Shown here: piece after piece, positions 30,570 to 45,263 of the stretch
Layout of the letters: every line of letters starts with the position of its first letter
Numbering within the stretch: position 1 is the first letter of the stretch
NCBI RefSeq assembly: GCF_009914755.1
Contig: NC_060944.1
Strand: one strand, 5' to 3'
DNA: 64,000 nt
Source: the human T2T-CHM13v2.0 reference genome, Homo sapiens
Program-made: the position numbers and the translations under genes
The notes under the pieces: generated by a model
Database searches by the model: none
The model's input: the letters and a program-made list of their open reading frames with translations, nothing else
Told to the model about the DNA's origin: nothing

Positions 30570-31272
30570 GGAAGGTTCAGCAGACAAAGCCTTTTTGGAA
30601 GAATTCAAATGGATTGAAAAGTATAACTAAGGAAAGCAAGAGAGTGAGGTGACATTTGAGGCTGGGGAAGTGTGTGAGCAATGGCTTTATGGAATGTTCA
30701 CAAAAGAGTTCCAGGCAGACCTGGAGATGTAGACAGGAAGCTAACTGGGGAGGCCTTAAAGCAAAAAGAAGAAAAAAAATACCAAGCCAGAAGAAAGAAA
30801 AATGGTGACAATGTAGAGAAATTGTGATAGTGAGGGGATACCTCCATGAACATTGAGAATGAGAGAAGATGGAGATGCTCCATTCATACCAGATGGCCTT
30901 TACCTTCGTATAAATGCAGGTTCTCAGGTTATCTGCTGAAAGCAAGAGAGGAAGAGGGCTTTTTAGTGTAACAATACTATTGATGACAATAAGTCACCAT
31001 TTTACATCTCACTTAGGCCTCACAGCCTCCTTATGAGAGGTTTTATTTCCATCTACACTTTGTAGATAAAGATTAAAACATTCAGAGAGATTAAGTTACT
31101 TGCTAATTGTCATCCAGTTCAGAAGTGGCAGAATTTGGAAACAAACTCAGATCCTAGAGCCATGGTGTCATACTGAGGTTCTGGAACATTTTTCTGCAGA
31201 TGCTGTGGGGAACATGCTCTTTGCCAGTGCTGTTTTACTGCTCTGTGTCAAGAGTGCTTTGGGAACAGTGAC

Positions 31273-31392
31273 AGAAAACATGATGGGTTTAGACTCAGAA
31301 GGAGGAAGTGGTAGAAAACATGATGGGTTTAGATTCAGGAGGAGAAGGTGGTACAAAACATAATGAGTTTCACCTCAGGAGGAGGAAGTCTA
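31273..31392. repeat. 40-bp minisatellite, 3 diverged copies
   Basis: agaaaacatgatgggtttagactcagaaggaggaagtggt units start at 31273, 31313 and 31353. Confidence 0.9.
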
Positions 31393-33760
31393 GCAGGAGA
31401 TAGAAACAGGCAGAAGAGAGGCTTTTTTATTGAGAAGACATGAAGTAATCTAGTGTATCAAGGTAAATTTTTCAGGAGGTGGAAGACAACCAGTGTGTGA
31501 AGGTTGTAGCTACTGGAGCATCTGCACACAGGAAAACACGAGCTTCCCAGAGACTTCAGATCAGAAAGCCTAGCTGAGCTGTGAAAGAAGACGGAAGATG
31601 AGGGACTGGCTCCAATTATAAAGTAAATCATAGAGTAAGATGGTGAATGGAGATATGTAGGTAAGGGATACAGGAAACCTGTCCACTTCATTCCAATAAA
31701 CATTGATATACATGCTCATAGATTAATTGAATCTTTCACTGTGATTCCCGGACAAAGCAGTACCATCTCTGAAATAAAAGCCTCTATTTTCTGTTTCCAT
31801 CTTTATGAGTCAAGCAGTTGTTATCATGTTTTTAGAAAACAAATGTAGGCTTCAAATTCGTAGTTACTCCGGCCTATTCAATGAAAACAACAATCATATG
31901 TCAAAATGATACGATGGCATGATGGTTCAGGATGGACTGAGTTGGCATGAGAGTTTACCAAGGAGGATGGAAGCATTTTCCAACTTTCAGAAAAAGAGTG
32001 ATGGTGTGCTCACCTTTTTGGCATAATCCTGGGGTATTGAGAACCAGCCCTCATGCGATACTGAGAAAACCACTAAGAAGGCAGCTATGACGTTTCTTTC
32101 CTATTTTTTTCTCAATGCCTAGCTCTGTGTTTGGTGCCTAATAGGTGACTTATAAAAGCATATTGACAGAATGAATGAGTGGGGAATAACTTTGTATGTT
32201 CCTTTGCTCAGTCCCTTTGCAGTCTATTTTAGATAAACATACATTCTAGTGAGTACCAGGAATTAGACAGCACATATGCAGTTCAGAGACTGAGGGTCTG
32301 AGAAGTCCAGACTCCTCTCCCAGCTCTCCTCTCCACTTACAGAGGAAACCAACCTCCTCTTCTCCCCCCACCTCACAGAAGAGGGAGGCCAGCTCTAATG
32401 GCCTTGGCCCCAGTTTGCTTGTATAATTAATGTGGGATTTTTCCTCCTCTAGTAAAAAATGACCTTGTCAAACAAGAGACGACAAAATCTTGGTTACTGA
32501 GCAACTGTGGACTCCCTGCTGGGATGGCATCCTGGGCCTTGCAAAGAGAAATCTAATAAAATTGGTGTCAGGGGCTCCCTGGGTGCCAGTTCCCCTGCTG
32601 CCTGACCCCACAATCCCAATTTATTAGCCAAACCCAAGAAAGCAGACAAACCTCACTGGCTCCAGACAGGAGACTTCCAAGTGGGAGCTAATGTGGGGGC
32701 TGGGGCTAGGCTTCAGCAAAAATGACAAGGGAAATGACAGGAGGTGCCAGCCGACCAGGGAGCCTGGGGAAGCCTTATTCAGAGCATCATGCTGCCTTGA
32801 CAGGGCCGGTTTCAACTTGGTAGAAGAATGTGTTAGAATGGCCCATTGGGAAAGGAAGTGTTTTTTCTCTCTTTGTACTGTTATTTGCAGGGCCATGGAC
32901 AGCATGTCTTGCATTAGCCATGTTCCTGGGAGTCAGCAGGCGTCAGTAGAGGAATAGCCAAAGAAAAATATTTGCATGTGGAGTTTTCATTTTGTAAACT
33001 GAGCACTTCTTCAAGTACAAGAGAGTTTTAAGTGTACAGTCACTATTTACCCTTCCACACAACCAAAACTCCCTGCGATAGGAAACACTGATTTGCATTG
33101 TACACTAGCTGCACTCCTTATTAACTAAATGATCTTGGGAAAATTTCTTAACTTCTTCACCTATAAAATGAGATAACAGTACTATTCTCATAAGGTGAGG
33201 ATTCAAATATGAGAAAAACAGAATAAACCCACAAAACGATAGCAAGTCACTATACCAGCAAAAATCAGCTAGAAAAAGAAAGTCTATTTCAAATAGCAAT
33301 GAGAACTCTAAAATGTCTAGGAATTGTCTTAACAAATAATATATAAAGCCTATGGGGGAAAGTGTCAAAACTCTAATAAAGGACATAAAAAACCATCTGA
33401 TAATTTTAAAGATATTCCATGCTTATGAATGAGATGTCTTAATATTTAAAGTTACCAATTATCTTCAAAGTAAACTATGAACTTAATGCAGTGACAACCT
33501 AAATTTCAGACAGATTTAAAAATATCTAGAGACTAGAAAAATGCACACAAATGTATATGATATAAAAATATAAAAGCCCATAAATAGGTCAATTTTGGAA
33601 AAGAAGAACAAAAAAGAGCAATGTACTGCACTAAATGTTAAGATATATTACAAAGTCATAGAAGTGAAAACAGTATGGCAGTGGCCCCCAAAATGAATAA
33701 ACACATCAGTGGAACAGAAAGGAACATTCTCAGGGAGTTATATGCATACCTGAGCAGGTG

Positions 33761-33793
<33 letters not shown>

Positions 33794-34497
33794 GACAACA
33801 AAAATAAGTGGATAACATTTTATCTGTAAGTTTTAACTGATGGTGCTGAGAAATTTGACTTACCACGTGGATGACAATGGAAATCCTTTTACTACAAATA
33901 AAAGGGTGTCCAGATGGATTAAAGTCCAAAGTGTAAAACATGAAACTTGAAGTTTAAACAAAGAAAATATTATTAAGATTAGGAGCACAGAAGGATTTCT
34001 TAAAAAAGTCTCAAATATCACAAATCATATGTTGTCAAAGTTAAGAATCCCTGATCATAAATACCATAGACATGGTTAATAAACAGTTGACAGATTGGCA
34101 GAAATTACTTGCAAGTTATTTGCAAATTTTAAAATTAGCAAAGGACGAATATCTATAATGTATAAGAAACACCCAAAAGTCATAGAAATAGAATGAAGGG
34201 AAAATGTATGAGTAGGCAATACACAGACAAGGTAGTCCTAGTGACCAATAAATAAATAAAAAGATACTGAAACTCATTAGTAAACAGAAATATGAGTGGA
34301 AAAATGCAATATTACTTTATGCCATCAAATTGGCAAAAGCTAAAATAGTTGTATAATGTTGGGAGGAATATGGGCAAACAATAATCTTTTACTTTTTATT
34401 TTTTATTTTTTTAAATTTTATAGAATATATTTATTTAGTGGTAAGCATCTTTAAATTTTATACTAAAATTTTCCTTCTATAGAAGATGATCATAATC

Positions 34498-35850
<1,353 letters not shown>

Positions 35851-36035
35851 TATTTTTATTAACTGTTGTTAAGAGAACAGGCTGATGCAACCAGAAATAC
35901 TTAGTCTAATGATGTTTGGGCATATCTTATGATGCTGCAATCTCACTCTTGTTTGTACAGTATATTTGAGAGAACATCTAGCCCCAATTTCATAAGGGAA
36001 CACATAGAGGATATTCATCACCATGGTGTTTGAAC

Positions 36036-36214
36036 TAGGGATTGTCAAATATGACCAATGGGCCAAATATGTCCACAGGCATGTATTTGTGCACTGTCTA
36101 TGGCTGCTTTTATGGTATAACAGCAGCAAAATCCTTAAAACCAAGACTTCAGAACCCCCAAAGCCAAATATATTTACTGTGTCACTCTTTATAAAAAATG
36201 TTTGCTGACCCCTG
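36036..36214. mobile_element. MER58A-like hAT-Charlie element
   Basis: tgggccaaat...tctatggctgctttt...atatttactgt...tttgctgacccctg. Confidence 0.8.
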
Positions 36215-36948
36215 GTTTAAAGTATCAGGGAACATTAGACAACCTAGATGTTCCATTGCAGGGGAAAAGCTAAGGGAACTATAATGGACACACAGTATGG
36301 AATATTACGTTACTGTTATAAGACATTAACTACGTGAGACATATACTCATAAATGCAGTAAGATCCGAATGTAAGGAAGAAATAAACAGAACCAGTATAC
36401 ATGAATATACTTTTATAGAATTAAAAATACCTACATAACAACAACACTATACAATTTGCAAAAATACACAAAATATTAAGGTATCATATCAAAGACATTA
36501 TGGTTGATAAAATGAGGAGAGGGGACACATGAATAAAACACACCATGAGAGAGTCTTTGTATGAGTCTTACAATAGAAGTATGCTATGAAATCAGAAGTG
36601 TGATTCACTCATGCCTCTATGCCTGAGATTCAAAAAATAAATGTGGAAAATGCTGAGTACAATGCTCAGTACACTGTGATTTTCAAAAAGCATGCATTAC
36701 CATCATCATCATCATTATCATCATCATTATCACCTTATTATTAATCTTTTGAAAGTGAAACCCTAACCATGGAGCTAAAATCAAGAAAGAAGAACATGCT
36801 TAAGACAATCTTGTTGCATCAGTGAGCCTAGGATAATCGATTGACCGTCACCCTGTTTAGAAAAACTCTTTAGGGGTCAAAAGAGTTTTATGACTCCTTT
36901 TATGACTAAAATCTGTGAATTGATTGATGGAGAGGGTCAATTGTTTCC

Positions 36949-37316
36949 TGTCACAGTCACTATTTGCACTCGTCAATATTTCTGTTTCTTTGCCTTCCAG
37001 ATTGGCTCTTTATCCTGGTCTTCCTTTTAGTTGGCCAGAGACTTGTGACTAGTTCTGACTGAGGAGCTGTTAGTGTAAGTGTTGTGTGACCCTTGTGGAC
37101 CAGGGTATCAGTTGCTCTTTCTAGACCCTCCAGAACTCTCTATCCTGCTGGCACTGTGGCTAGCTATGTCTGCAGTGGTGGTGTCTCTTTAGTCCCTAGA
37201 GGACCACAACGACCAGAGCTAATGCAGTCCAACAATGGATGTGTTGATTGAAATCACTGAGATTTGGGGGATTGGTTGTTACCCAGCATAGCCTAGCCTA
37301 TACACTGACTGACACA
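36949..37316 (+). mobile_element. Old MLT1 (I/J-like) LTR
   Basis: cactgagatttggggg...tgttacccagcatagcctagccta..ctgactgacaca terminus. Confidence 0.7.
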
Positions 37317-37607
37317 CCTTCCAAATTTTCAAAGACCTGGAAGCTTAAAATTGGAAAGACCCTCAAATGCCATGCAATCAAAACCCCAACATGGGCAGAG
37401 GGAGTGAATGTTTAGAAAGAGAGGCTCAGCCCTAGTGATAAAGAGCCCACATCCTCCTCAAAAGCTCCTGTCCTTTTTCACTCACCTCTTATCATTATTG
37501 AGATTCTTCTGTTTGGAGCCAAATTTCACCTCCTGGCCACTTTGACTCATTTATATTAGTTCTGCCTTTATCCCTGTTTCACACAATAATTCTTCAGGTA
37601 GGGGAGT

Positions 37608-38075
37608 ATGGTAGTCAGAAGAATGGTCCCCTAAAAGATGTCCATATCTTAATTCTTGGAGCCTATGGATTTGTTACCTCAAATGGCAAAAGGGACTTTG
37701 CAGATGTGATTACATTACGGGTCTTGAGATAGATAGAAGATTATCCTGCATTGATTGAGAAGGCTCAGTGTAATCACAAGGGTTCCTATAAGAGGGATGC
37801 AGGAGGGTTCGAGTGAGAGTAGGAGCTGAGGCAGTGGAAACAGAGGTCAGAGAGATGCCCCTGCTGGAAGAAACTTTGAGCCAAGGAACCCAGGCTTTCT
37901 CTAGAAGCTGAAAAGAATAGGAACAGATTCTCTGTACCCCCTCTCTACCAGCACTGATTTTAGCCCTGGAAGACCCACTTCATACTTCTCCACAAACTGT
38001 AGGATATAAATTTGTGTTGTTTTAAGCCACTAAGCTTGTGGTAATTTGTTACAAGAGGAAAAGAAAATTAATACA
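37608..38075 (+). mobile_element. MLT1D-like solo LTR
   Basis: aatggtcccctaaaagatgtcc...ggcaaaagggactttgcagatgtgatta...aattaataca. Confidence 0.9.
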
Positions 38076-38659
38076 GTGAGATTACCATGTTTCTTTGAAT
38101 TTTCAGTTTCCAGAAGAGTTGCCTTTTGCTACACCTGGTTTCTTTTTCAGTCTGGTCCTCTGATATTTTAAAAACTGGTTTCATCAATCCAGTTTGTAAA
38201 AATATGGGATTTCTAGAACTTTGTTTTTATTCTGGTTGTGACTTACTTAAGAAAGGAAATTGTAGCAAAATTAGCACTGCCTAGAACAGTCACCAAAGCA
38301 ACACAGACTCTCTAAGCAGTTCATTGAACTTGGTACCTACCCAGACTCTAAATAAATATTTTTCGTAGTTGATATTGCTGCCATTTAGACAGATCTCCCC
38401 AATTCCATAGTCCATAGTTGTTCAGTTGATTTAGGGGGAATTAAGTGTGGATTTTATTGATTCCTTCAGATTACCAAGTAAGAGTTAGTTAATTCATGAG
38501 TCATGTATTTGGTCAAAACTAACAGCATTAATAGTCTGTGTTGGAACTATTAATGAGAATTCAAGAGTCTGACAAAACTTTGTCAGATTTGAGAAACAGA
38601 AGAACCTGCCTTTTTAGGGCAAAACCATATTAATAGCATTTTTAAAATAGATTTGTATG

Positions 38660-38880
38660 TTCTAGGGTCCTTATCGAATAAAGCACCTATTGCCTTATCC
38701 AAATCTCAAAACAATCATATGAAGAAGGGAGTATTATTATTATTGCCGTTTTTAAAACAACAAAATGTCATTAAGGGTTGCTTAAGCAATTCACCCAGTT
38801 TTCACAGCTAGCAAATGAGGGAGCTGGGCTGAAACCAGGCAGTCTGACTGTGCAGCTGGTGCCTTAAAACCATGCTACAG
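38660..38880 (-). mobile_element. MIR
   Basis: aatctcaaaacaatcatatgaag...cacagctagcaaatgagggagctgggctgaaaccaggcagtctgact. Confidence 0.7.
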
Positions 38881-39564
38881 AATCACTCATAACGTTATAG
38901 CTGTATGGTCCTTACTGGCCTGTGGCTTAGATGTGTCTTATTCCAGGTCCAGAGGCTGCCTGGAGTATGTGGACACTGTCCTTGGAAATGAAATGACTTG
39001 TCAGCTCATTTTTGATGGATCACATTTCTTAGAATAAGCACAAAATATTTTCCATTTGCTAAGTGATTTTATCATGCCTCTCTGGGCTGGACTTTGGAGG
39101 GGAGAGAGGAAACAGGTTTCATGGTTAAAGCCTGAGACATACCTTTCAGGCAGTCATGGGTGAGGGGTTAGTAATGGGTGACTTCGGCCCCTCTTCATGC
39201 TCACCTGGCACAGGAAACTCTGGGTGGTTTGGCTCCAGCTCTTGAAAACAAGTTCCTTGTTTGCCCTCCTGAGTTGATGGTCTGGTGGAGAATTTGTCTG
39301 AAGGAATTTGTTCCAGGAAAGGTCCAGCTGCATTTGACAGGAAAGGGAGAAAAGAGAGAACGAGGCATAAATCTCTGGCCTTCTGCCTCTTGCTTGGGAA
39401 TCTGTCCTTTCCAGCCTGTAAGTATGGAAATGAGTAACTGGTGAGTCTCAAAGCTTTGAATGAACGTCATACCCCTGGGCAGACATGTGGGCCCCCTGAG
39501 GAAAGAAATGTCCCTTTTCATAGAAAACATCTATATCCAATATTAAAAAGCTTACATTAGCCAT

Positions 39565-39868
39565 TGGGCACATGAAAAAAACATTCAGCATCACTAGTCA
39601 TTAAGGAAATGCAAATCAAAACCACAGTGAGATACCCCTTCACACCCACGAGGATGGCTATAATAAAAAAGACAGACAAACAAGTGCTGCTGAGAATGTA
39701 GAGAAATTGGAACCCTCATACATGGCTGATGGGAATATAAAATGGTGCAGCTATTTTGGAAGAGAGTCTGGCAGTTCCATAAAATGTTAAACATGGGTTA
39801 ACCACATAACTCAGCAATTTCACTCTTAGGCGTATACCCCACTCTTAGGCGTATACCCAAGAGAAGTC
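39565..39868 (+). mobile_element. L1M ORF2 C-terminal fragment with a 19-bp tandem duplication
   Basis: ggaaatgcaaatcaaaaccacagtgagatacc; cactcttaggcgtataccc x2 at 39821-39858. Confidence 0.85.
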
Positions 39869-39954
39869 AAAGGTTGATTGTAGCCTCTTGGGATATCTCA
39901 GCCATCTTGATAATCAGTGTCCCCACTTTTCTCTCCCCCTCATTTATTTAATGT

Positions 39955-40318
39955 TGTATGATTCCATTTTTAAGCTGCTGATAAAGACATACCCAAGTCT
40001 GAGTAATTTATAAAGAAAAAGAGGTTTAGTGGACTCACAGTTCCATGTGGCTGTGGAGGCCTCACAATCATGGCAGAAGGCAAAAGGCATGTCTTACATG
40101 GAGGGAGACAAGAGAGAAAATGAGGGCTAAGCCAAAGGGGAAATCCCTTATAAAACCATCAGATCTCATGAGACTTACTCACTACCAAGAGAACAGTATG
40201 GGGGACACAGCCCCCATGATTCAGTTATCTCTCACTGGGTCCCTCCTACCACATGTGGGAATTATGGAAGCTACAATTCAAGATGAGATTTGGGTGGGGA
40301 CACAGCCAAACCATATCA
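39955..40318 (-). mobile_element. THE1B/C MaLR solo LTR
   Basis: gctgctgataaagacataccc...gagatttgggtggggacacagccaaaccatatca. Confidence 0.95.
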
Positions 40319-43300
40319 CATGCCCTATTCACTAACGATAAAAATCTGTCCAAGATGAACTACCAGCTGCCCACCTCTCAACCCCTTCCACTCAGCCTGC
40401 TTCACCCAGTTATTCTGTCTGCCTGGCCCTGGAACACTTTTGGGTTTGAGATGGACTCAAATTAGAGAGTAGCATTTTGTGGGACATCACAAAGGGAAAA
40501 TGGGACACTAACTAAAGCCAATACCCCTGTCATTGGCAGCTATCAGAAATGAGGTGTGGGCCTCAAGGCAGAGTCAGAGTCATGGAATTAGAATAGTGGA
40601 TGAGAGGTTGGGACCTAGATTTCAGCAAACAATAATGAAGGGCAAAAGGAAAACAAACTTCTCCAACATAAAAGAGAGGAGTCAAGCCCTGTGGGCCTGA
40701 TCAACAGCTGGTCCTTAGTGAAAAAAGACATGAGTTTTAAAAAGAGCAGAATATGAAGTTTCACCTTAGATCCTGGGACTTGATCCTTGGAACTTCCGAA
40801 GGTTTTTGGATCCTTGGAAACCCTTAGGAAAAGCAGCAACTCTCTTTGAAGGGTTTTCTCTGTTGGCAATTATTACCTTAAAGTAGAATGTTAATAGTCA
40901 GCCAGAAGCCAGTTCCAAGCAATCCATCAGACATGTCTACATGGGTCTGAACTTTACTCATAAGCAAGGCTAAAATTCTGTCCTATGGGTCTGTTGGGTC
41001 CCATGTTAACCAACTTGAAAGTATCAGCGAAGGGATGACAGGTGTCATGTAATTCTACATCCTGATGTTTCCAGCTGATTGATTGATAGAATAATTTCTA
41101 GTTTCATTTCTTCAAGCTTTTGTTTTTTTCAATCAATCTCTTCTCAAATCCAAAGGTAACTTGTATTCTACAATTCTTATTTGTCTTTCCTGACTGTATA
41201 AATGTATTTCTAAGATTTACCACACACATTACTTACTTATGTGTAATAGGTAAATGTTTAAAATGTATTTGTCTGACAGATTTGAACATGCCTCCTCTGT
41301 GCTTTCTATTTACCATGTATTTTCTTTGTTCACTCCACACCCCATCCTATTTCCTGTTTTCTCTTCAGATGATCCAGCTTATTTTATGTTTTCGTGTTTG
41401 TTTTTCTTTGTCGGGAAGTTATATATTGCCTACTATTTTAGTAGTTATCATTAAAGTTTTTTTATGTGCATAATCATCTTAACAAAGTCTTAAATTAAGC
41501 AACCTGTCTCTTTCTTAGCTTCCAAAAAACCTTAAAATTCTTTAACTTGGTTTTACCCACTTTCCATTTTCATGCTACAGCTTCTAGTATCTTATTTACC
41601 CTATGATCTGCTGTCCACTAAATAAGGCATTGTTATTATTACAATTATTACATTTTAGAGCAATTTTAAAAGATTTGCCATTGCATTTACCAATTTCTTT
41701 TTAACATTGCTTCATAATACTTCTTCCTTGTTAGATCAATTTTCCATTTTTCTGAAGCCTGTCCTGGTGAAAGAAAGAAACCATTTGTGATTTGTGCTAA
41801 ACATACCCATCATCTTCCATAATTGCCTCAGCAATTTTGCAGAATATGAATTATTATCCCCATTTTACAAATTAGAAAAGAAAGGCACAGAGAGGAAAAT
41901 GACATGCTCAAACAAATCACAATACTGATGTATTTCAGATGCAGCCAGATATTTTGATAAAATACATCTTTGAGTGGCGAAAGAAGCAATTTGCTTAGAG
42001 TTAAATAGAAATATAATGGGTTCATCAAGAAACAATTGGGGGGTTGCAGAGTACTTGTAGACAGGCCAAAGTGCTTAAACTCAAGTGATTTGTGCAAAAG
42101 AAAAATCCATTATTCTGAAAAAATTGCTTTAACAGAGAATTTTCAAAGCATAAGAGTTGTTACATTCAGCAAGAAAAAGGGAGGGAGTGGTGAGGGAAGG
42201 TAACGTTATCACAATGACTAACTTGACTTTATTTTCCCCAAATTTCTAAATCTTACAGTTTAAGAGGAAATGCTTTGGGGAGAGATAATCTTTAAAATTT
42301 GTTCACTGCATTGGTTTTTAAATTTTCAAAAGCATATCTGAATTAAAGGATGGATAAGACACTTTACATCAAAATTCACTCAGGGCTGATATGTGATGAC
42401 TGGTGATGTTTCTAAGGATAACATTATGAAATTAGTTAAGAACAGGAAAAAGACTTTAATAATTCATTATCAGTCATTACCTTTGGTGGTGTTTGTTATT
42501 GTTTGTAACCTGAAGACCTATAGGGATAATAATAACAATAGAAATGATAATTACATTTTTAAAAAATAATTCAATACTAAGCAGATTACAGACAAGCAAC
42601 ACGATTAGACAGGCAGCACTCAAGATAATTCACTCAGTCTGTTGATGGATTCCACACTTCTCATAAGCATAAGATTCATTTTCACAATTAAAGCTAGATC
42701 ATTAAAATTGCAGCCTGTTGGCAGTAACACTTTTTGCAGCCCAAATTCTCTTTAAAACAAAACTTGTAGTCATTAGAATGGTGACAATGTGCTGAAAACA
42801 CCCACTTTGGCCTTCCCTGGGCATTCTGTTCTTCCTGGCTTGCACTTCAACAAGTTGACAGCCTTATTTTGTAGGCAACTTTAGTAGATTGTCAACTCTG
42901 GCTACCACCTATCCTCAGGTAGGATGGAGCAGAAATTTTATTCCCTTAAAAAAACCGCATCTTGCCTAATTCAAGGGACTGTTGTGTTGAGGATTCAGGG
43001 TGCAGGCACCTGCTGCCCACAGGCCTTTGGGTGGTGTGAGAACACCAGAATCAGGTTACCGTCACTGAGTTGCCAAACCACATTCTGATTCTAATGCTGG
43101 CCAGCTGTGTGCCCTTGGGTCTTTGACTCAATCTTTCTATGTCTTGGTTTCCTCATCTCTAAAATGAAACTGCGGTACCCAAGCCCTAGGACTGTTAAGA
43201 AGGTTCAGTGAATACAAGTGAAGCTCTTCCTGATGATATCTCAAGCACCTTACCCTATTAGTACACATGAATCTTCCTCATTATTGGAAATGATTGATTG

Positions 43301-44029
43301 AAGACCAGTTTTATCTCAGAAGGCTGAGTTTTCACATGAAGACTTTTTTATTTTCTGTGGTTTAGTTACCTCTATACAGTGGTCAACAAGAAAGTTGCAA
43401 ATGGAATCAAATTCACAAAAATACATTTCATGAATTAAATATTTTCATGGGCTTTGCCAAGGGCACACAATTAAGCTCTGTGTTGCTCGATTTCTGGGTG
43501 CTCATGCATCTGCTCCTTCAAAACAGGTTAGTGCTTTGATCTGATGGGCCAGTGTGGACAACGATGCTGGGCTTGTGAGTGGCCTCCGTACACAGAGCTC
43601 CTGAAATGCAAGACCAAGTAGGCCAAAATTTCAGGCTGTATATGTTCAAAGCTTTGCTAAAACTCAGTGTGGCAGACCTTCAGCTTCTACTCTGTAAACC
43701 CTAAAGGCCATATAGCAGTTAACTGAATGTTCCAGAATTTCCATGATGTGTTTCTGTTCAAAAATTCAGTCTTAAAATTTCGTTTTCACTTGAACTTGAC
43801 AGCCCCTGACCTTGTATTTTGGAGTTGGAAAATGTGAACCAATACACATAATAGCTAATTCCCAGTGGGGATTCTAGACAAAGAAGATAACGTACTAGAG
43901 TGAATATTTGTTATCTTTGTAAATATTATCTTTGTAAATAAACAATAGCAACACAAAGTTCTATAATGCTGATGACTTCATGAACAGGAAGAACAGAGGA
44001 AGAAGGGAAAAGGGATGAAGTCTTCTAGC

Positions 44030-44638
44030 ATTGGACCATCCAGTGTTGTAGTCACCAGTCATATGTGGCTAGCAAGCACTTGAAATGTCTCTAGTCTGAA
44101 TTGAAATCTGCTGTAAGTGTAAAACGCACACCAGATTTCAAAGAAGGAGTTTGAGAAAAATAACAGAAAATGTGTCATTGATAATTTTTGTATTGGTTTC
44201 TTGTTGACATAATATTTTGCCTATATTGGGTTAAATAAATGATGCTACTATAATTATAAACGATGCTACTATAATTAATTGTATTCACTTTTCACTTTTT
44301 AAATACGGCCACCATAACATTTAAAATTACATATTCAGCCAGGTGTGGTGGCTCATGCCTGTAATCCCAGCACTGTAAGGGCAAGGTGGGAGGATCACTT
44401 GAGGTCAGGAGTTCGAGACCAGCCTCGCCAACATGGTGAAACCCCGTCTCTACTAAAAATGCAAAAATTAACAGGATGTGCTCACTTGTTCCTGGGAGGC
44501 GGAGGTTGCAGTGAGCCAAGATCATGCCACTGCGCTATAGCTTAGGCAACTGAGCGAGACTCTGTTTCAAAAATAAATAAATAAATAAATAAATAAAAGT
44601 ACATATGTGACTTTCATTATATTTCTGTTGGACAGCTT
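44030..44638. mobile_element. MER33 split by an Alu
   Basis: catatgtggctagcaagcacttgaaatgt...ccagatttcaaaga...cattatatttctgttggacagc. Confidence 0.8.
44337..44598 (+). mobile_element. Alu with internal deletion at the start of the right monomer
   Basis: Left monomer intact; after aaaaatta a short patch replaces ~60 bp; (TAAA)n tail; TSD-like aaaa(t/g)tacatat. Confidence 0.93.
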
Positions 44639-45003
44639 CCTTTAATACACAAAGATAATTTCCTATTTATTGTATGTAAATAAATAGTGTCTTCAGCAGA
44701 ATGGAAGCAATTTATACTTATTTATTTACATATGCTTGCCAAAATATCAATTTCCCAAAAAACATTTCTCACGTAGACCTGAGGTCAACCTAAACCCTGT
44801 TTCTGTTCCACACTCACAAATTATGAATTAGTGAATTCTAAATGAAAGCAGGCCCACCACATTTAGCACATGAGATAAAGAGGAAATAATGCGACTCATC
44901 TGTAAGCTTAAGTTAAGTTTGGTTTAGAAAAGCAATGAGAAATGTGACAGTCCCACTCTTTAAACAGACAAAATGAAAAATCATAAGCAAAACAATCTAT
45001 GTG

Positions 45004-45263
45004 ATTGTATGTTCTCACTCACATGTGGGAGTTAAGCTATGAAAATGCAAAGGTATAAGAATGATACATTAGTGTTTGAGGACCCGTGGGGGAAAGGGCA
45101 GGGGGTGGTGACGGATAAAAGACTACACATTGGGTACAGTGTACACTGCTCAGGTGATGAGTGCACCAAAATCTCATAAATCACCACTAAAGAACTCAGT
45201 AACCAAATGCCACCTGTTTCCCAAAAACCTATTGAAATAAAAAAATCAAAATTAAAAAAAAAA
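45004..45263 (+). mobile_element. L1PB-like 3'-terminal fragment
   Basis: tatgttctcactc...aaaagactacacattgggtacagtgtacactgctcaggtgat...A tail; flanking ctatgtg repeats. Confidence 0.88.

Noticed and set aside
31273-31392. CRISPR-like array
   Set aside because: Head-to-tail repeats without spacers, in eukaryotic DNA with no cas genes.
36861-36889. Short hairpins (aaaactcttt...aaagagtttt; also tctgacaaaactttgtcaga at ~38568)
   Set aside because: Stems of 10 bp or less are expected by chance in 64 kb of AT-rich DNA.
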